From Anthoceros angustus (lineage: Eukaryota > Plantae > Anthocerotophyta), in NCBI GenBank assembly GCA_010909165.1, contig VJWM01000119.1, forward strand, positions 310,001-374,000: 64,000 bases of DNA. The letters are read 5' to 3'. Shown here one piece after another: positions 21,274 through 34,693 of this stretch. The position numbers and the translations under genes were made by a program. The notes beneath the pieces were generated by a model. That model worked only from the letters and a program-made list of their open reading frames with translations. It was not told the DNA's origin and searched no databases. Within the stretch, counting starts at the first letter, position 1, and every line of letters begins with the position of its first letter.

Positions 21274-24200
21274 TCAGACATGCTGAACGGCGTCGTTATG
21301 TGCAGTTGCCCCCGTTCTGCCAAATTTCCATCCAGCGAAGTCATCTGTTTCCGATGGCACGAACAGAGACGTAGGAACGGCATCATAGAACGCCAGAGGC
21401 ACCTGCTTCAGTCTCCTCCCAACCTGAATGGGGAAACGACATTAGCGTTGAATTCCCCAACTCCAGCATAGCCACAAGCTCTACAGATTTCTTGGCTGGA
21501 CGTAGGAAAGAAAAGCGTACCTCTTCTGAAAATATGGTTGCATAAGATCCTGAGCTGAAGTCATTGATGGCAACCTCCGTTGTCTTAGCACGCACTGTCA
21601 AGTCGGTCTCGAGGCACGCCACAAAGCTGCAAAAGCAGCCATGTGAATCATGTCTTACTACAGCACACAGCAGTGAGTTTCTGACATATCACATGCAGCC
21701 ACCTTACTTCCGAGTCATACCGTGATACAGCTGGGCAGAAGTGACGCCGCAAAGTATCGATCTCCCACAGAGAACTTTCTGCCAGAAGTAGCGAATTCTC
21801 AGAGCAGTGCTTGCATCAAAGTTTAGTGGGCACCAAAGACAATATCAATGCAGGACGTGGAACCTACTCAAGTCATTGCAATGCAAGGATACGTACTCAA
21901 GGCATTGCACTTTGCAGGGTCTGCCTCCAATGGCATGAAGGGATCACAACCTCCATAGCTATCAGGACCTTCATTCAAATCAGCATGTGACTCCTTCCTG
22001 TCAAGAGCTGAATCTTCTGAACCAGAATCCTGCTGCAGAGAGCAAGATCCAACTGTTAGCAGATTGAATTCCTCAGAAAGAGGCCAAGAGGTGGTGATCA
22101 CATGGGCCATCTTACCCTGTGTACCAGACAGTTGATGGATGGGTGTCGACGGAGAAGATTGTGGATCATAGCAATAGCCAAAAGGCCACCCGAGGGTGGT
22201 GCTGTTAATCCAAGCCGTCCCAGCTTTTTAGCAAATGCTGCAGCCAAGTACGCAGGAAGGTGCGACGATTTCAGGCATATATCCAACAGCTGCAACGATG
22301 CAACATGTCCCACAATCAGAGCATGCTGACACTGACCTCAGTGCATTACACATCCTACTTCTGAAGACACTGCATAACTGGCAGGACCAACAGGCTTGCA
22401 GAGACAGAGCCTAGTCCTCACGGAAATGAAGGAAGAAGCTTCAAGACCTCAAAGAAGCGTGCACGGTACTTGGCGACAAAGACTGTTGGCTCCAAGAGAG
22501 CATACAGCTTGTTGTAGAAGTCAGGATACTCCAACCCATACTTTGTAATAAGGATGAAAAGACTATTGAGCGCCATCACACTGACCAGACCCCCTACATT
22601 GTATGACGCGGTGAGGAAATCGCTGCAGATGCACATGTAGGACAGGACACATTCAGCTTCAGCGACGGAGATAGAAAAAACTCAGTTCCTTGACTGCAAT
22701 CAAGTAACACCTGGCAGACAGAACAGTTGGATGTATACCTGAGACAAACAGGATTTGTCAGATATGGAATCACAGTTCTGTGCATCTGAGCCAGTACCTG
22801 TTGCAGAGATGCAGGTTAGCACAGCCTCTCAAGTGTCTGAAGCGACAAGTACCACATCATGTCAAGCAAGTGAAGGTAGGTCAGCTCCCCTAGTTCTGCA
22901 CCTTCTTGTAAATTTCAAGGGGTAGGTCCAGCTTTAAAAAGGCTAGCCAGCAGTTACTAAACTTGAACCGCTGAATCTTCAAACTCTTCCAGCTAACAGC
23001 CAGCCTTGCCTGTTCAGATCCATTATCATCATTCCCAAGAGTGTCCGCTTCATTTTCCAAATTAGCTGAATTCCCTGTAACCACTGTGCACAAGTAGAAC
23101 CTTTTCAGAAGCAAAGCAATCTTGATAAATAAACAACTTCATCCATAGCCAGAAGAACATATTGACTGGGCATTATGTAGTTCTTACATTGCCGCATGCT
23201 CCACAAGTCATCGACACTCTTCCCTGCGTCCTCAGATGGAGGTGGCAGACGTGACAGGATATTGAAGACGTTTGCAGCAAAATCATGCATGCTGGGTGGA
23301 GAATGCATGACATGCTTGTCAGAGTCGGCATCGCACGACTAGTCAGAAACATAGGTGTTTTACATGCATCAAGACATCCCTTTGCCCCAGCTTATAGTCA
23401 ATACAGTAGTCACCTGATACTCCAGATTCCAAAACCTTTGTCTTCCTCAGTTGCAAAATCCTCTGCCAGTGTAGCATGAACACGTCAATGCAAACATTTT
23501 CAGATCAGATTGCTGTCGTTTTAAATCCAAAAAGCACGCAAGCACCAACCGCGACATACCCTCCTTGCCATTGATACGTGAATGTACCAGCTTCGCCAGG
23601 TTAGAATAAGTGAAGTAGCTGCAAACCAACAGCACACATAAAACCAACCGCACACATAAAAATTACAATGACAGCCCCGGATAGGGAAGGGCAACATCAA
23701 GCCATCAGACTTTCTGTTACCTGACATCAGCGTACTTGAAGTACTCCGAGTGCAACAGCTCAAGGATTTCTTTGCTGAAATCTGTTGAACCAACCTGCCA
23801 CATTGTCATCGTTGTGAGCTTCAGACCGAACGAACACTCGAATCCCTTGAACCAAATTTTCGTTTTGCCATTGCACACTTCCAACGCCAAGCTTTCCTTC
23901 CAAATTTACATAGAAACTGGGCATAAGCACTCACTACAGTTGCACAGAGCTTCAAAAACAGACTATTGCTAAACTCCGCTGGCCCCTCCGTCCGCACGAG
24001 CTCCATGTATGCGTGCAAAGCAGCTACCTGCATCACAAGATTCACATCAGCCACCGATGCACAAGCAGAATTACTTTCAACCAAGGCACCTCACCTGAAC
24101 TTTCAGGACGTCGTGTTCGCAGGACAGCAATTTCAACAGCGTCGTCGTGAACTCCCTATATTTTTCCCAAAGCCACCTGGTGTAAATGGCCTCCGCCTGC

Positions 24201-24562
24201 TCAGGCACCAACCCGTTCTCACTCCCCTCATCCTGTGCACCATCTTGCTCTTCCGATTTCCTCCTCTTTTTGACGCTGCCTAACTCCACATCTACCACAA
24301 TCCTTGCCCGCTTCCTCGAGGCAGGTGAAAGCTCCCCAGACCGCAGCAAAGGCAGGAAAAACGCCTGCAGGGACGTCAAAGCTTCCAGAAGGCACTTGGG
24401 CAAGGAAATGGCCGCCGAGGTCGCACCCGAGGTGCATGACGCTGAGAGAATCGAAATCAGCACCGGCGCATTGTTCACATGCGACCTCGACTGTAGAAGA
24501 TCCAACCCCAACCTCCTGATAGAATCTAGTGCTCCTGCTTGCGCGGTGGCTGACAGACCCAT
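21274..24562 (-). CDS. NOC4: Nucleolar complex protein 4 (CBF/Mak21 domain), multi-exon
   Basis: LGLDLLQSRSHVNN; KIQRFKFSNCWLAFLKLDLP; LEYPDFYNKLYALL; HLPAYLAAAFAKKLGRL; LETDLTVRAKTTE; RRLKQVPLAFY. GT-AG introns; stop at 21274-21276. Confidence 0.93.
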
Positions 24563-24701
24563 TCTTACATGCCTTATGTTACGATGCAACCAGCAGCTCG
24601 CAACAGACTTGTGCCATCGCCTAGGTTCCCTTCCCCGCCTCCGGAATCTGCTAAACCTCCAACCGCAAAACCTCCAACCAGAAATCTAAGCTGCCAGGGT
24701 T

Positions 24702-24709
24702 TAGGGTTT
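24702..24709 (-). promoter_or_regulatory. Telo-box (AAACCCTA) in the NOC4/POP divergent promoter
   Basis: TAGGGTTT about 140 bp upstream of the NOC4 ATG. Telo-boxes are typical of plant ribosome-biogenesis promoters. Confidence 0.5.
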
Positions 24710-25192
24710 ATTGATCCTAACGGTACTGCTCACATATCTAGAACATGCTCTCACAGAGGAAGAAGAAGACGAAGGAGAATTCTATTACAGTCCACTTGGA
24801 CGGAATTTTCGTCCTGGACGAAGCTGTGTCTTTCTGACGAATGGTGTTCTCGGTCATCTGGAGAAAGTGGGTTGGTTTGAGAGACTGAGACTGTGTACTA
24901 TAACATGTGATGAAACTGTTTGAAGAGACTCATCCTCCCCTTCAGTTCATATCGATATGCCATAGTCTCTCCCGTGATAAGTTTGGAGGATTTGCCTCTT
25001 CAAACACGGAATTCCTGATTTTTCAGTCGGGTGACCGCCTTGCGGTCTGCACAGACCGATGAGCTCTCGAAGTTGTAACGCCCGTTGCACTTCCCTGTAA
25101 TCATAAGTCCTGACGTCTGGAGACACGGGATTGCCGAGCTGTGTTTCACTCGGGTGTGAAGGAAAAATGTTATAACCCATCTAGTATGTTGG

Positions 25193-28100
25193 GTGGGGGC
25201 ACGCTGCAGACTGACAGGCCTGGATTGTCTCATGGGGAGTCACGACATGTACAGGGCGATGTTCGGGAGTTCGCAAGCTCAGCTGCAGCTGCAGGGGAGA
25301 CACAGGCTGTTTGAGGGACAGCTTGGAAGAATGGCTTCTGTTAGGCACTTTCACATGCCTCTGTGCCACCAGCAGCAACTTTGCTCTTCCGGGAAAACGC
25401 CTCGAGGGACATCCATCTTCACCAGGTTTTTTGCACTTGATACCAAGGCCAAGTACTGGAATCAGCCGGTGATTGTGGGTGATGTTGAATTGGAAAGCTA
25501 TGACGATGGGCTGTCAGATGATGGTGTGGTAGTTGGAGAACGGGATACTAGGCGTGATAACGTCCCGACCCAGGCTGATGAGCATGAGAAGGGGCTGTCG
25601 GTTGACAGTTTTCTGGCCGTGTCTGCTCATCCGGCTCCTCGATTGCCACAGTATATGCGGAGAGGGAGACCTCAACTGCAAGAGCAGCCTCGGTTGTATG
25701 AGAATGTGAAGCTGGGTGATGGTGGTATTTTCCGGTCGTCATCGAATGGTGCACCTGCGTTTCCGCACAACAGGAGCGAGTTCGTGCAGACACGGTCTGC
25801 TGAGAAGGAAGAATGGGGCAAGGCGTGGAGTGAAGCTGGTTCTGCGTTTAGTGAAGGAAGAGTGGAAGCAAGGAATGGTCTTAGCAGTAGCAGTGTGCCG
25901 GCCCTGGTGGATTTTTCTGACTCCGGTCAGGCCGTCATCGGAGAGGGCTCGCTCTCCCCATCGGAAGAGCTGGGCACCAGCGTTGGAGCTGCGATTGCAG
26001 TTAACGGAGATGGAAGGGTGAACCAGAACACAGAATATGCAGAGAGGCTAGACATCCCCAGCGTATCGCCAGGCTTGGCTGTCGGAGTTGCCTTAGAAGG
26101 GGATAAGAAGGCTGAAACCAAGACTAGGAAGCCTCCGTCTCAAAAAGAGACAAAGGCTAAGAAAGCTGGTTCACCTCGCAGCAAGGCTTCAACTTCTCGT
26201 TCGGAAGGCAGCCCTCAACGGATTAGTAAGCCTACAGCTCTTGCGACTCCAGGCAGTCCACAATACACCAATAAGGAAGTTCTTATTGTGGACAGCGTGG
26301 ACGTTGCCACAGAAGTTGTGAAACTACTGAGGGGACAGTATAGGGATAAGGTTCATGCCTGTGATACCGAGGCAAGTTGGCCCTCTCCACCATTCATCCT
26401 TAGGAGTGCCAAGGCTCTGAAATAGCTAGATTGTAACACATTGGTGGAATGTTTCTCCCCAGGTGGCAGGCATCGACGTTAAGAGGGAGACACCCATCGG
26501 GCATGGCAGAATCATATGCTTCAGCATCTACTGTGGACCAGATGTTGATTTTGGTCAGGGCAAGTCAAGACTGTGGGTTGATGTCCTGGACGGCGGCGAT
26601 GAAGTTCTTGACATTTTTAAAGCATACTTCGAAGATCCTGATATAGCTAAGGTGATATGATGCATTGTGCAACAGCTGATTAGATTTGAGGTTCTGTAGT
26701 ATGGGTGTAGCCTAATTGTTGCGGACTGTTGAGGTGTTGAACAGGTTTGGCACAACTACAGTTTTGACTACCATATATTGTGCAATCATGGTATCCAAGC
26801 TTCTGGCTTCTATGCAGATACCATGCACCTAGCTCGGTTGTGGGATTCCAGCAGAACGGGGGAGAAAGGTGGCTACTCTCTGGAAGCCCTCACCTCTGAC
26901 AAATTGGTCATGGATGGAAAGAGGGAACTAAGCAGTGTTCATACATCAGTTGCAAGAACAGAAGAGGGTGGGCTTCTTCTGCCACAAACTCAAAAGATTT
27001 TGGCTGCACATGCTGACATCCTGAGCAGCATTAGTTCTTTTGGAAAAATTTCTATGAAGGACATGTTTGGAAAGCCAAATGTGAAAAAAGATGGCAGTGA
27101 AGGAAAGTTGAAGATCATTCCACCAGTCGAAGAACTCCAAAAGGGCCCTGAGCGTGATAAGTGGATACACTACTCATCGTTTGATGCGGTTTGCACATGG
27201 AGGCTGTGGTTCAGTCTGCGGGAAAAATTAAAGGCTGAGAACTGTCAGTCTGGTCTAGGAGAGAGATTGGGAACTCTCTACGAATTTTACTCCAAGTACT
27301 GGCAACCTTTTGGGCAGCTCTTGGTGCAGATGGAATGTGATGGGATGCTAGTTGATGTAGAATATCTTAAGGAGATAGAGAAGACTGCTCGAAACCAGCA
27401 GAAAATTGCAGGGGGCAGGTTCCGAAGTTGGGCAGCCAAAAGGTGTCCCGATGCTGCTTATATGAACGTCGGTAGTGATACTCAAATACGACAGCTCCTG
27501 TTTGGTGGTACTCAATGCCGGTACTGCAAAATCTGACCTGATTTTTATTGCTTTCTAGCCATCTTGTAGTCAAATCCTTAGATCCGTAAATTCCCTCTCT
27601 GTTCTTGACTTCTTCCAGCAAAGATTCTGGTGAGGTGCTGCCCATGGAACGAACGTTCAATGTTCCAAATGTAGATGGTCCAGCAGACGATGGAAAAAAG
27701 CTGAAGAAAACACGCGCAATTGTTCTACGGGGTCTTGGTGTTCGTATTCCATGCGATACTTACACCGGTTCAGGTTGGCCAACTGTAAGTGGTGCGTTTC
27801 TGAAATCATTAGCTGGAAAGGTAGCTATTGACTACTCCTTCTCGGAGGAGACGGAAGATGCACTGTCAGACATAGATGATACAGAAGCTGGGAGCAAAGC
27901 CACTCCTCCTGAGGATGTGTCAGTTTATGGCAAGGCATTCCATGCCTTCAAGGGAGGGGAAGAAGGCAAAGAAGCTTGCATGGCATTTGCTGCCCTTTGT
28001 GAGGTGGCTGCCATCAACACTCTCCTTTCAAATTTCATTGAGCCATTACAGGTATTCCTCTCATCCCATTGATACATCTCAGCCTCTGCAGATTTTTTTT

Positions 28101-29746
28101 TTTCTGTAGTGATCCTTTTGTCTGTACAGGGTGACGACGTGAAAGGACCTGATGGACGTGTTCACTGCTCTCTGAACATCAACACGGAAACAGGACGCTT
28201 GTCTGCAAGGAGGCCAAGTCTGCAGGTGATATCCCCATTACACTTTTCGGTCTTGGTATTGCGGATGCCAGTATACCAACTTCAACTGGTTCCTGCAAAT
28301 GCCAAGGCTTTCCCACACTGTCATCACATGTATTCTGACTGCTTTTCAGAATCAACCTGCCTTGGAGAAGGACCGCTACAAGATCCGACAAGCCTTTATT
28401 GCAAGCCCTGGAAATTCCTTGGTGGTTGCTGACTATGGGCAAGTAAGGATTGAAAATCGTAGTTTTTGCATAATTTTACTCTCCCGTCATTTTTGACCGG
28501 TGAGCAACTCAGTCTGTTACTGACGCTTGAGCACTGTTCTCAGTTGGAGCTCCGACTTCTTGCTCACCTAGCGAGTTGTAGGAGCATGCGGGAGGCCTTT
28601 GAGGCAGGGGGAGATTTCCACTCGAGGACCGCTATGAACATGTACACACATGTGCGCAATGCTGTCGATTCAGGTGACGTGTTACTGGAGTGGGAGCCAC
28701 AACCTGGCATGGACAAGCCACCTGTTCCTCTCTTGAAGGTCAGTTCAAACCTTCCGTGTATTGATGTCTGAAGGTAGTTGGTGCTTGCTTCAGTCTCACA
28801 TGCCAAGATTAAGCAGGCGATTGCCGCAGAACATTGCTTTCTACTAAACAACCTGGCAGCCGTAGGAACCATGCAACTTCAATAGGACAACAATGAACTC
28901 GTTACGTGTGTGCTTGCAGGACAAGTTCTCCTCAGAAAGGCGGAAGGCAAAAATGCTCAACTTCTCTATCGCCTATGGGAAGACAGCAGTGGGTCTTGCA
29001 AAGGATTGGAAGGAAAGTCTACTGCAGCTGAAGCTTGTCTCACACCTGGTTGACAGGCTCCATACTCCTTAATGACACTTAACATGTTCTCATGTCATTG
29101 ACCTGAGCTATCTGCTGTGTAAGCAGGTGAGTGTAGAGGAAGCCGAAGAAACCTTGCGCCTGTGGTACCAAGACCGGCAGGAAGTTCGGAAATGGCAAGA
29201 TGAACGGAAGAAAGAGGCTGAGAAGACATTTCGAGTTCACACGTTACTGGGACGATCTCGCCACTTACCTGATGCAAATTCCTCAAATAGATCATTAAAG
29301 TCTCACGCCCTTCGAGCTGCCATCAACACACCAGTTCAGGTTGTAATGCTCGTCTTGCAGGCTGCTGTTGGCTCTCCCTGCTGTGTATGCTCATCACTTT
29401 CCATTACTCTCGCCTTTCCAGGGAAGTGCAGCGGATGTTGCTATGTGTGCAATGCTAGAGATAAACAGGAACAAGGAACTGAAGGAGCTTGGCTGGAAAC
29501 TACTACTTCAGGTTGGTCCGGTTTTGCAACTTGGGCTTTGTTTGTGCCTCTGCTCGGAACTAAATATCCTTACTGTCTTCCCAGGTACATGATGAAGTGA
29601 TTCTCGAAGGTCCCACGGAGTCGGTGGTAAGGGCAAAGGAGTTGGTGGTCCAGTCCATGTCCTATCCATTCGAAGGACAAAATCTTTTGTCCGTGGCACT
29701 GTCAGTGGATGCTGATTTTGCAGGTAGCTGGTATGCTGCCAAGTGA
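25193..29746 (+). CDS. POP: Plant organellar DNA polymerase (family A, Pol I-like), multi-exon
   Basis: Exonuclease motifs HACDTE|VAGID, WHNYSFD, YSSFDAVCTW. Polymerase motifs INTETGRLS, NQPALEKDRY, VADYGQLELR, AKMLNFSIAYG, AAINTPVQGSAAD, LQVHDE; ends WYAAK*. One GC-AG intron (26372-26462) and one apparent GA-AG intron (29013-29126). The start codon is uncertain. Confidence 0.97.
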
Positions 29747-30266
29747 GAAGCAAACCAACTAAACGCCGGAGGACATATCATCAGTGTACAGATTCTTTCA
29801 GGTTGCGGGAAATGGGATGTGTAAACTTAATTCAGCATAGCGTATTCCGACGCAGTGGCAGGAAATGTGACGCAATTCCTGATCCCCTATTCATAATAGG
29901 AAACTGCATGTACCTTGTACAGCATGATTTGGCCTTGGGTAACTCACCCCCAAGTGGTAGAGGCGCTTGGAAACGAGAACTTCCGGCCCGCCATTGTCCA
30001 GCAGCTTCATGAGCTGTTGATACATCCAACTGCATTGGAAATCAAGCTGTTGAAGACTCTTGCTGCAGGTCTCCGTGGCGATCAATTGCGATGCAGAGCT
30101 TGATGCAACAATTATGTATCACTCGCAAACAAGCCTCTGCCGAGCTCTGCCTCTCCGCAATTCGGCCTGGCGTGGTCACTAGGGCAGGCCGAAACCAGAG
30201 ATGTATTACTGGATGCAGCGTGGTTGAGATCCACGGAGATTTGCACAAGCGGAATGCCTCGGGCTA

Positions 30267-33200
30267 TCAAATTCTTGACACCGTGTCCCCGTGAGAGCTG
30301 ATGAAGCCTTCCAGCGTCAAGTTGCCAACGGCGTGTCGGACCTGAATCACAAGCAATCAGTTCACAACAAGGCGAGCAGGTCGATCACTAAGCACCTGCG
30401 ACATGGTATCAAACGAAGCATATTCTTACATCCTGTAGCGTGGCCGCCAGTGATCCGTCGCCCCGCAGTTCTTCTACGAGCTGTGCCACGCGAGGAGTTG
30501 ACGACCTAAGTAACTGCACACTTCACCTCACAAAGCCGGTTTCACAGAAAACGGTTTTACCTGTGCCATTTTCATGCTAGCTCCGCCGATTTGCATCTTC
30601 TCCAGAATAAGATTGCGGAGTGCCGTGACGACGCTGTTACGCCGAGATCTTTCACTGGCAGAAATGCCTGTGGTGATGAGATCCATGTCGATCGTTCCTG
30701 GCAGTTAAAAGAAATGGTCAGTTTGAAGCATGCGATAGAGTAGACTGAAGAGAACAAACGGAATCAGAAAACGAGAAATTGCAGATAGTTGAAACCTGTT
30801 GTGTGGTCAGTGGCTGACTGCTGCATTGCCACATCTAGCAGCCTCAGTGCTTCTGACGCATCTGATAGCTCAACCTGAAGCCATGCCAGGCATTGAAAGA
30901 CATTAGAGCGACAAACCACACCAGCCACGTTCTGAAATGGAAACACACATTCCTCTTACCTCCTCAGAAAACCGGATCCGTGCTAAGGCTTCACTGATTC
31001 GGATGAGGCTTTCCAGTTGCCTTGGAGTGGCCGTAATGACCTGTAATACATGATACCACATTTTGCGTCAGTGAAACACCGATCCTACAGCTAATACACA
31101 CAGGCAGGACAGTTCTGTGAAGCATACCTTCTTGCTACTACCAGGGAAATTTCCTTTCCGACGCATGTCCACATAACCATTGATGAGCTTCTCCGCGGCC
31201 TCATCTGAAATATGAGGATTGACATGCTGTCGAGCGTATGTGATGTATGCAGTCAAGGTGGGCAGGTCCAGCACATCATGGATATGAACCTGAGGTTGCG
31301 TGGGTTTAGCCCTGGCTCTCAACAAGCTTTGCGAAAGATCTTTCAGCAATCCCCAACTGCAAGGTCCTACAACTCATGCACGTTGAAATAAGCAAACAAT
31401 CAAAATTGTACATCATGTCTCAAACCTCCGGGTTCTCATAATGGAGTGAGACTAGATGCCTTGCTAGACGACGATCTGTTTGCTCATCAGCCTTATCCAG
31501 CACCAGATAAATTAAATCAAATCTGTGGGAATGTTGTCATTAGCTAAATCTCAGAACTTCAGAGAACTTCCAACAAGACGAAAGGCGAACCTCAGAAGCA
31601 AAAGAATCAGCAAGATATGCACCTCGAGAGTAGGGTTGGCGGCAATCGGATATTGTCAATAACAGACATCCTTGGGTTGTATCTGGAGCCACTCGGATTA
31701 GCACAAGCCAGGACTGAAGTTCTGGCATTTAGGGTGGCAATGATTCCAGCTTTGGCAACAGAAACAGTCTGTTGCTCCATGACCTGAAGAAGGTGATCAC
31801 GAACTATTTGGCTTAGAGACTGCTGCAAGAAAAAATGTATCGATTGTGGAGCAATAAAATCCGACCAAATAGGATCGACATGGACCTCGTGAAGCATACT
31901 CCTTGCATTTTCTGACATTTTATCAAACTCGTCCACACAGCAAATGCCCCGGTCACTGAGTACCAGAGCCCCACTCTCCAATACCTGAAAAGGACATTAT
32001 CTCCAAAGATGAACACGCGCAGAGGCACTGCAGATACCTTGGTATCTGGACGTAGAAATAAGCACAAGCAGTGGTGAGCAGAACGTTACCGTCTCCTTTG
32101 TCTCAGGATCCTTGGACACGTAAGCAGTTAACCCAACAGCAGAACTCCCACGCCCGCTTGTATAAATACCCCTCGGAGCTATCTTGTGTACGTATTGAAG
32201 AAGCTGTGACTTACTGGTTCCAGGATCTCCCACCAACAACACATTGATATCTCCCCGAAACTGAGCCCCTGAACTCATTTTCTTGACTGTACCCCCGAAC
32301 AGCTGCTTTCCCAAAGCCATTTGAAATAATTGAGGATTCTCACGACTTTCGCAATCATCTCTTACTTACTACACAAAGGTGAGCCATCTCAAAAGATCAG
32401 ATCAGCAACAGAGAAACGAATGCCACCTGACAAAGTAGACCTTTCTTTATGTCTTCCAATTCCCAGATACTTGGAGCTAGAGATCTCGTTAGCCTCTCAT
32501 AAATGTCAGGGAGTTTTGAAAGTTCCTTCAGCTTCAGAATCTGCGGAGACGTTTCTGGGATCACTTCAGCAAGACATTTAGATATAGAATCTGAAAGTTC
32601 TCCTCAATGTAAATGATACTTGAATTCGCAATGTCAAAAGTATAGTAACCCAAGAGTGGTGAACGCACTGGAAGACACTCAAATGCAAGAAGGCAGCTGA
32701 CACATACCTTGGCTTCGTGTTCAGAGGGCAAAGAGTTAGTTTCGGGGAACGAGTACATCTGACTCTCCTTGTTGTGGTCCATCACATCCTCTGCTTGCAG
32801 ACGAGAGTTGTCTGCCTTCTTGACGTGCAGACAATCAATGTATGTCTGCCCGAGAAAGACGAATTCCATTCAAACCCAATAAACACGGGAGTGCAGACAA
32901 ATCAAATCCAGGCTTGTTTTTATTTCCTTCTGAAAACTTGTGAATGATCATGTCCGATCTATCACCTAGTGCAACCCATAGACTGAGCAACAGTTCCTAC
33001 CTTGTATAGCGCTTTGAGAGTTCTCTGAGTTGGCCCAATGCGGACCGGCATAGCTCTAAACACACCAGTTACCTGAAGTGCATTGTGTGTCAGCTTTGAT
33101 TCCTCATATTAGATGCTGCTGAAGCCAAAAGTTTTGTCTGAAAAAGGTACAAACCTGGACACGGTCCCCAGGCTTCGCAGCATCCACTAAATTGTCATAC

Positions 33201-34633
33201 AAGCACAGGCTCACTGTATGAGGAGTTTCCCCCTCAGGTATTGAATCCGGAGTCTCTTGCAGCCTCACTATCTGCTTGTTGGCAAAGCTGCATTGATATT
33301 AATGGAACAAGGCAGAACGTCTCCAGTTAATGCTGGAGAGAATGCTACCAAAATATTCTCAAGAGTAGCAAAACAAAAGAAGTGGTGTTCTATGGTTGGG
33401 GAAAGGATAAACGTACGTGCATCGGTTATGTATGAGCGACATGGAATTTTTGGCAGCACACTCCGGCTTTTCACATCTTGTTGGTTCTTTTACACGACCT
33501 GTGTCGATGGGTAGATAAGAAAAAGCACAATTTCAGCTGGTCTTCCACTACAATCTCCAGCTGCAATGAACAAGCATTTCCCACTCAATTGAGCATGCAA
33601 TATATAAGAGACAAACGACACACCATTCTTTGTCACCTCCACTGGTAGAGGAGCATGGCCACACACAAGGCACTTAAAAAATGCTTCCTTTATCTCCGGT
33701 ATGATGGAGCTGCATCGGATGATCATTCCCCGTACTGAGACCATCTTTTCGATGTCTGCAAGATGGGGAAGCAGGTTCAACAACATGCAGTAAAAAAATT
33801 CAAACTATCAGATGTATGACAATGCTCGACCACTAATGGTAATACCTGACGGATTCAGGTCCCGAAGTTTTGCAGTGTCCTTCAGATTGAAAATTCTAGC
33901 CTTCACAAAGCAGAAGACATAGGCAGATGTAAGCTTCCCAGCGCCTGTAATTCCGAACTCAAGGACCGGAAAGAACGGAGACAGTGTGCAATACTCAACT
34001 GACATTGCATCAATGTTGACATTGTTGACGAGACCACAATGCTCACCTGAATATGCTTTTCCCACATACGGTCTCTTTCCTGTGCTTCGTTCAGTAAAAA
34101 CATGTCGAAAACAGGAATCGTCTCCAAAGGAAACTGAACCATCTTCGAGTACAGATCTGGATCATACTCCAAGATGTTCAGGGCATCAATATTTACTGTG
34201 TCTCCCTCAACTTCAATCGTCTGACAAAACCACCCAAGCCGCTCAGTCCCGGAACCACCCAACAACAGCATTCCCAAAATGTTGGCACCAAACCAATACC
34301 TGGTCCAGAAGCCGCATGTATTTGCCCTCCAGGTCCTCCGGATTCTCCACGAAATTCTTGAAGAACCTTGTCACAGCGTTCTTCAGGTCCTGAACATTGA
34401 TGGTTGTGCCCCAGACATACGTCTGGGGCCCGATATTGGGGTCACCCTCAGAAGACGCAGCTCCCTGTGGTGACCAGCCCGGTCAAGTCAGTACCTTCAT
34501 CGCCCTAGCCTCTGGAATGCAGACAATGCAATGCAGCAGAAATTGGTCGGTCATTGAAGGCGCAATCTCAGAATACTGGACCACCCACCTGGGAGGAAGC
34601 CATCACAGGGCTGGAGGCATTCCAATCCGCCAT
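30267..34633 (-). CDS. MCM4: DNA replication licensing factor MCM4, multi-exon
   Basis: [12 protein letters not shown]; [27 protein letters not shown]; Walker [12 protein letters not shown]; [16 protein letters not shown]; arginine-finger region [10 protein letters not shown]; ATPRQLES. Ends HGDTVSRI*. Confidence 0.97.
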
Positions 34634-34680
34634 CTTCACGACCTCCAATGCATCAGCTGGCTCGTCCGGGCCAATGGCCA

Positions 34681-34693
34681 ATTCCCGCCAAAA
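34681..34693. promoter_or_regulatory. Overlapping double E2F site upstream of MCM4
   Basis: ATTCCCGCCAAAA contains ATTCCCGC on + and TTTGGCGG on -, about 50 bp upstream of the MCM4 ATG. MCM genes are established E2F targets. Confidence 0.7.

Noticed and set aside
33560-33640. Micro-exon in the MCM4 zinc-finger region
   Set aside because: An ordinary GT donor after VEVTKNG joins in frame to RVKEP, so no micro-exon is needed.
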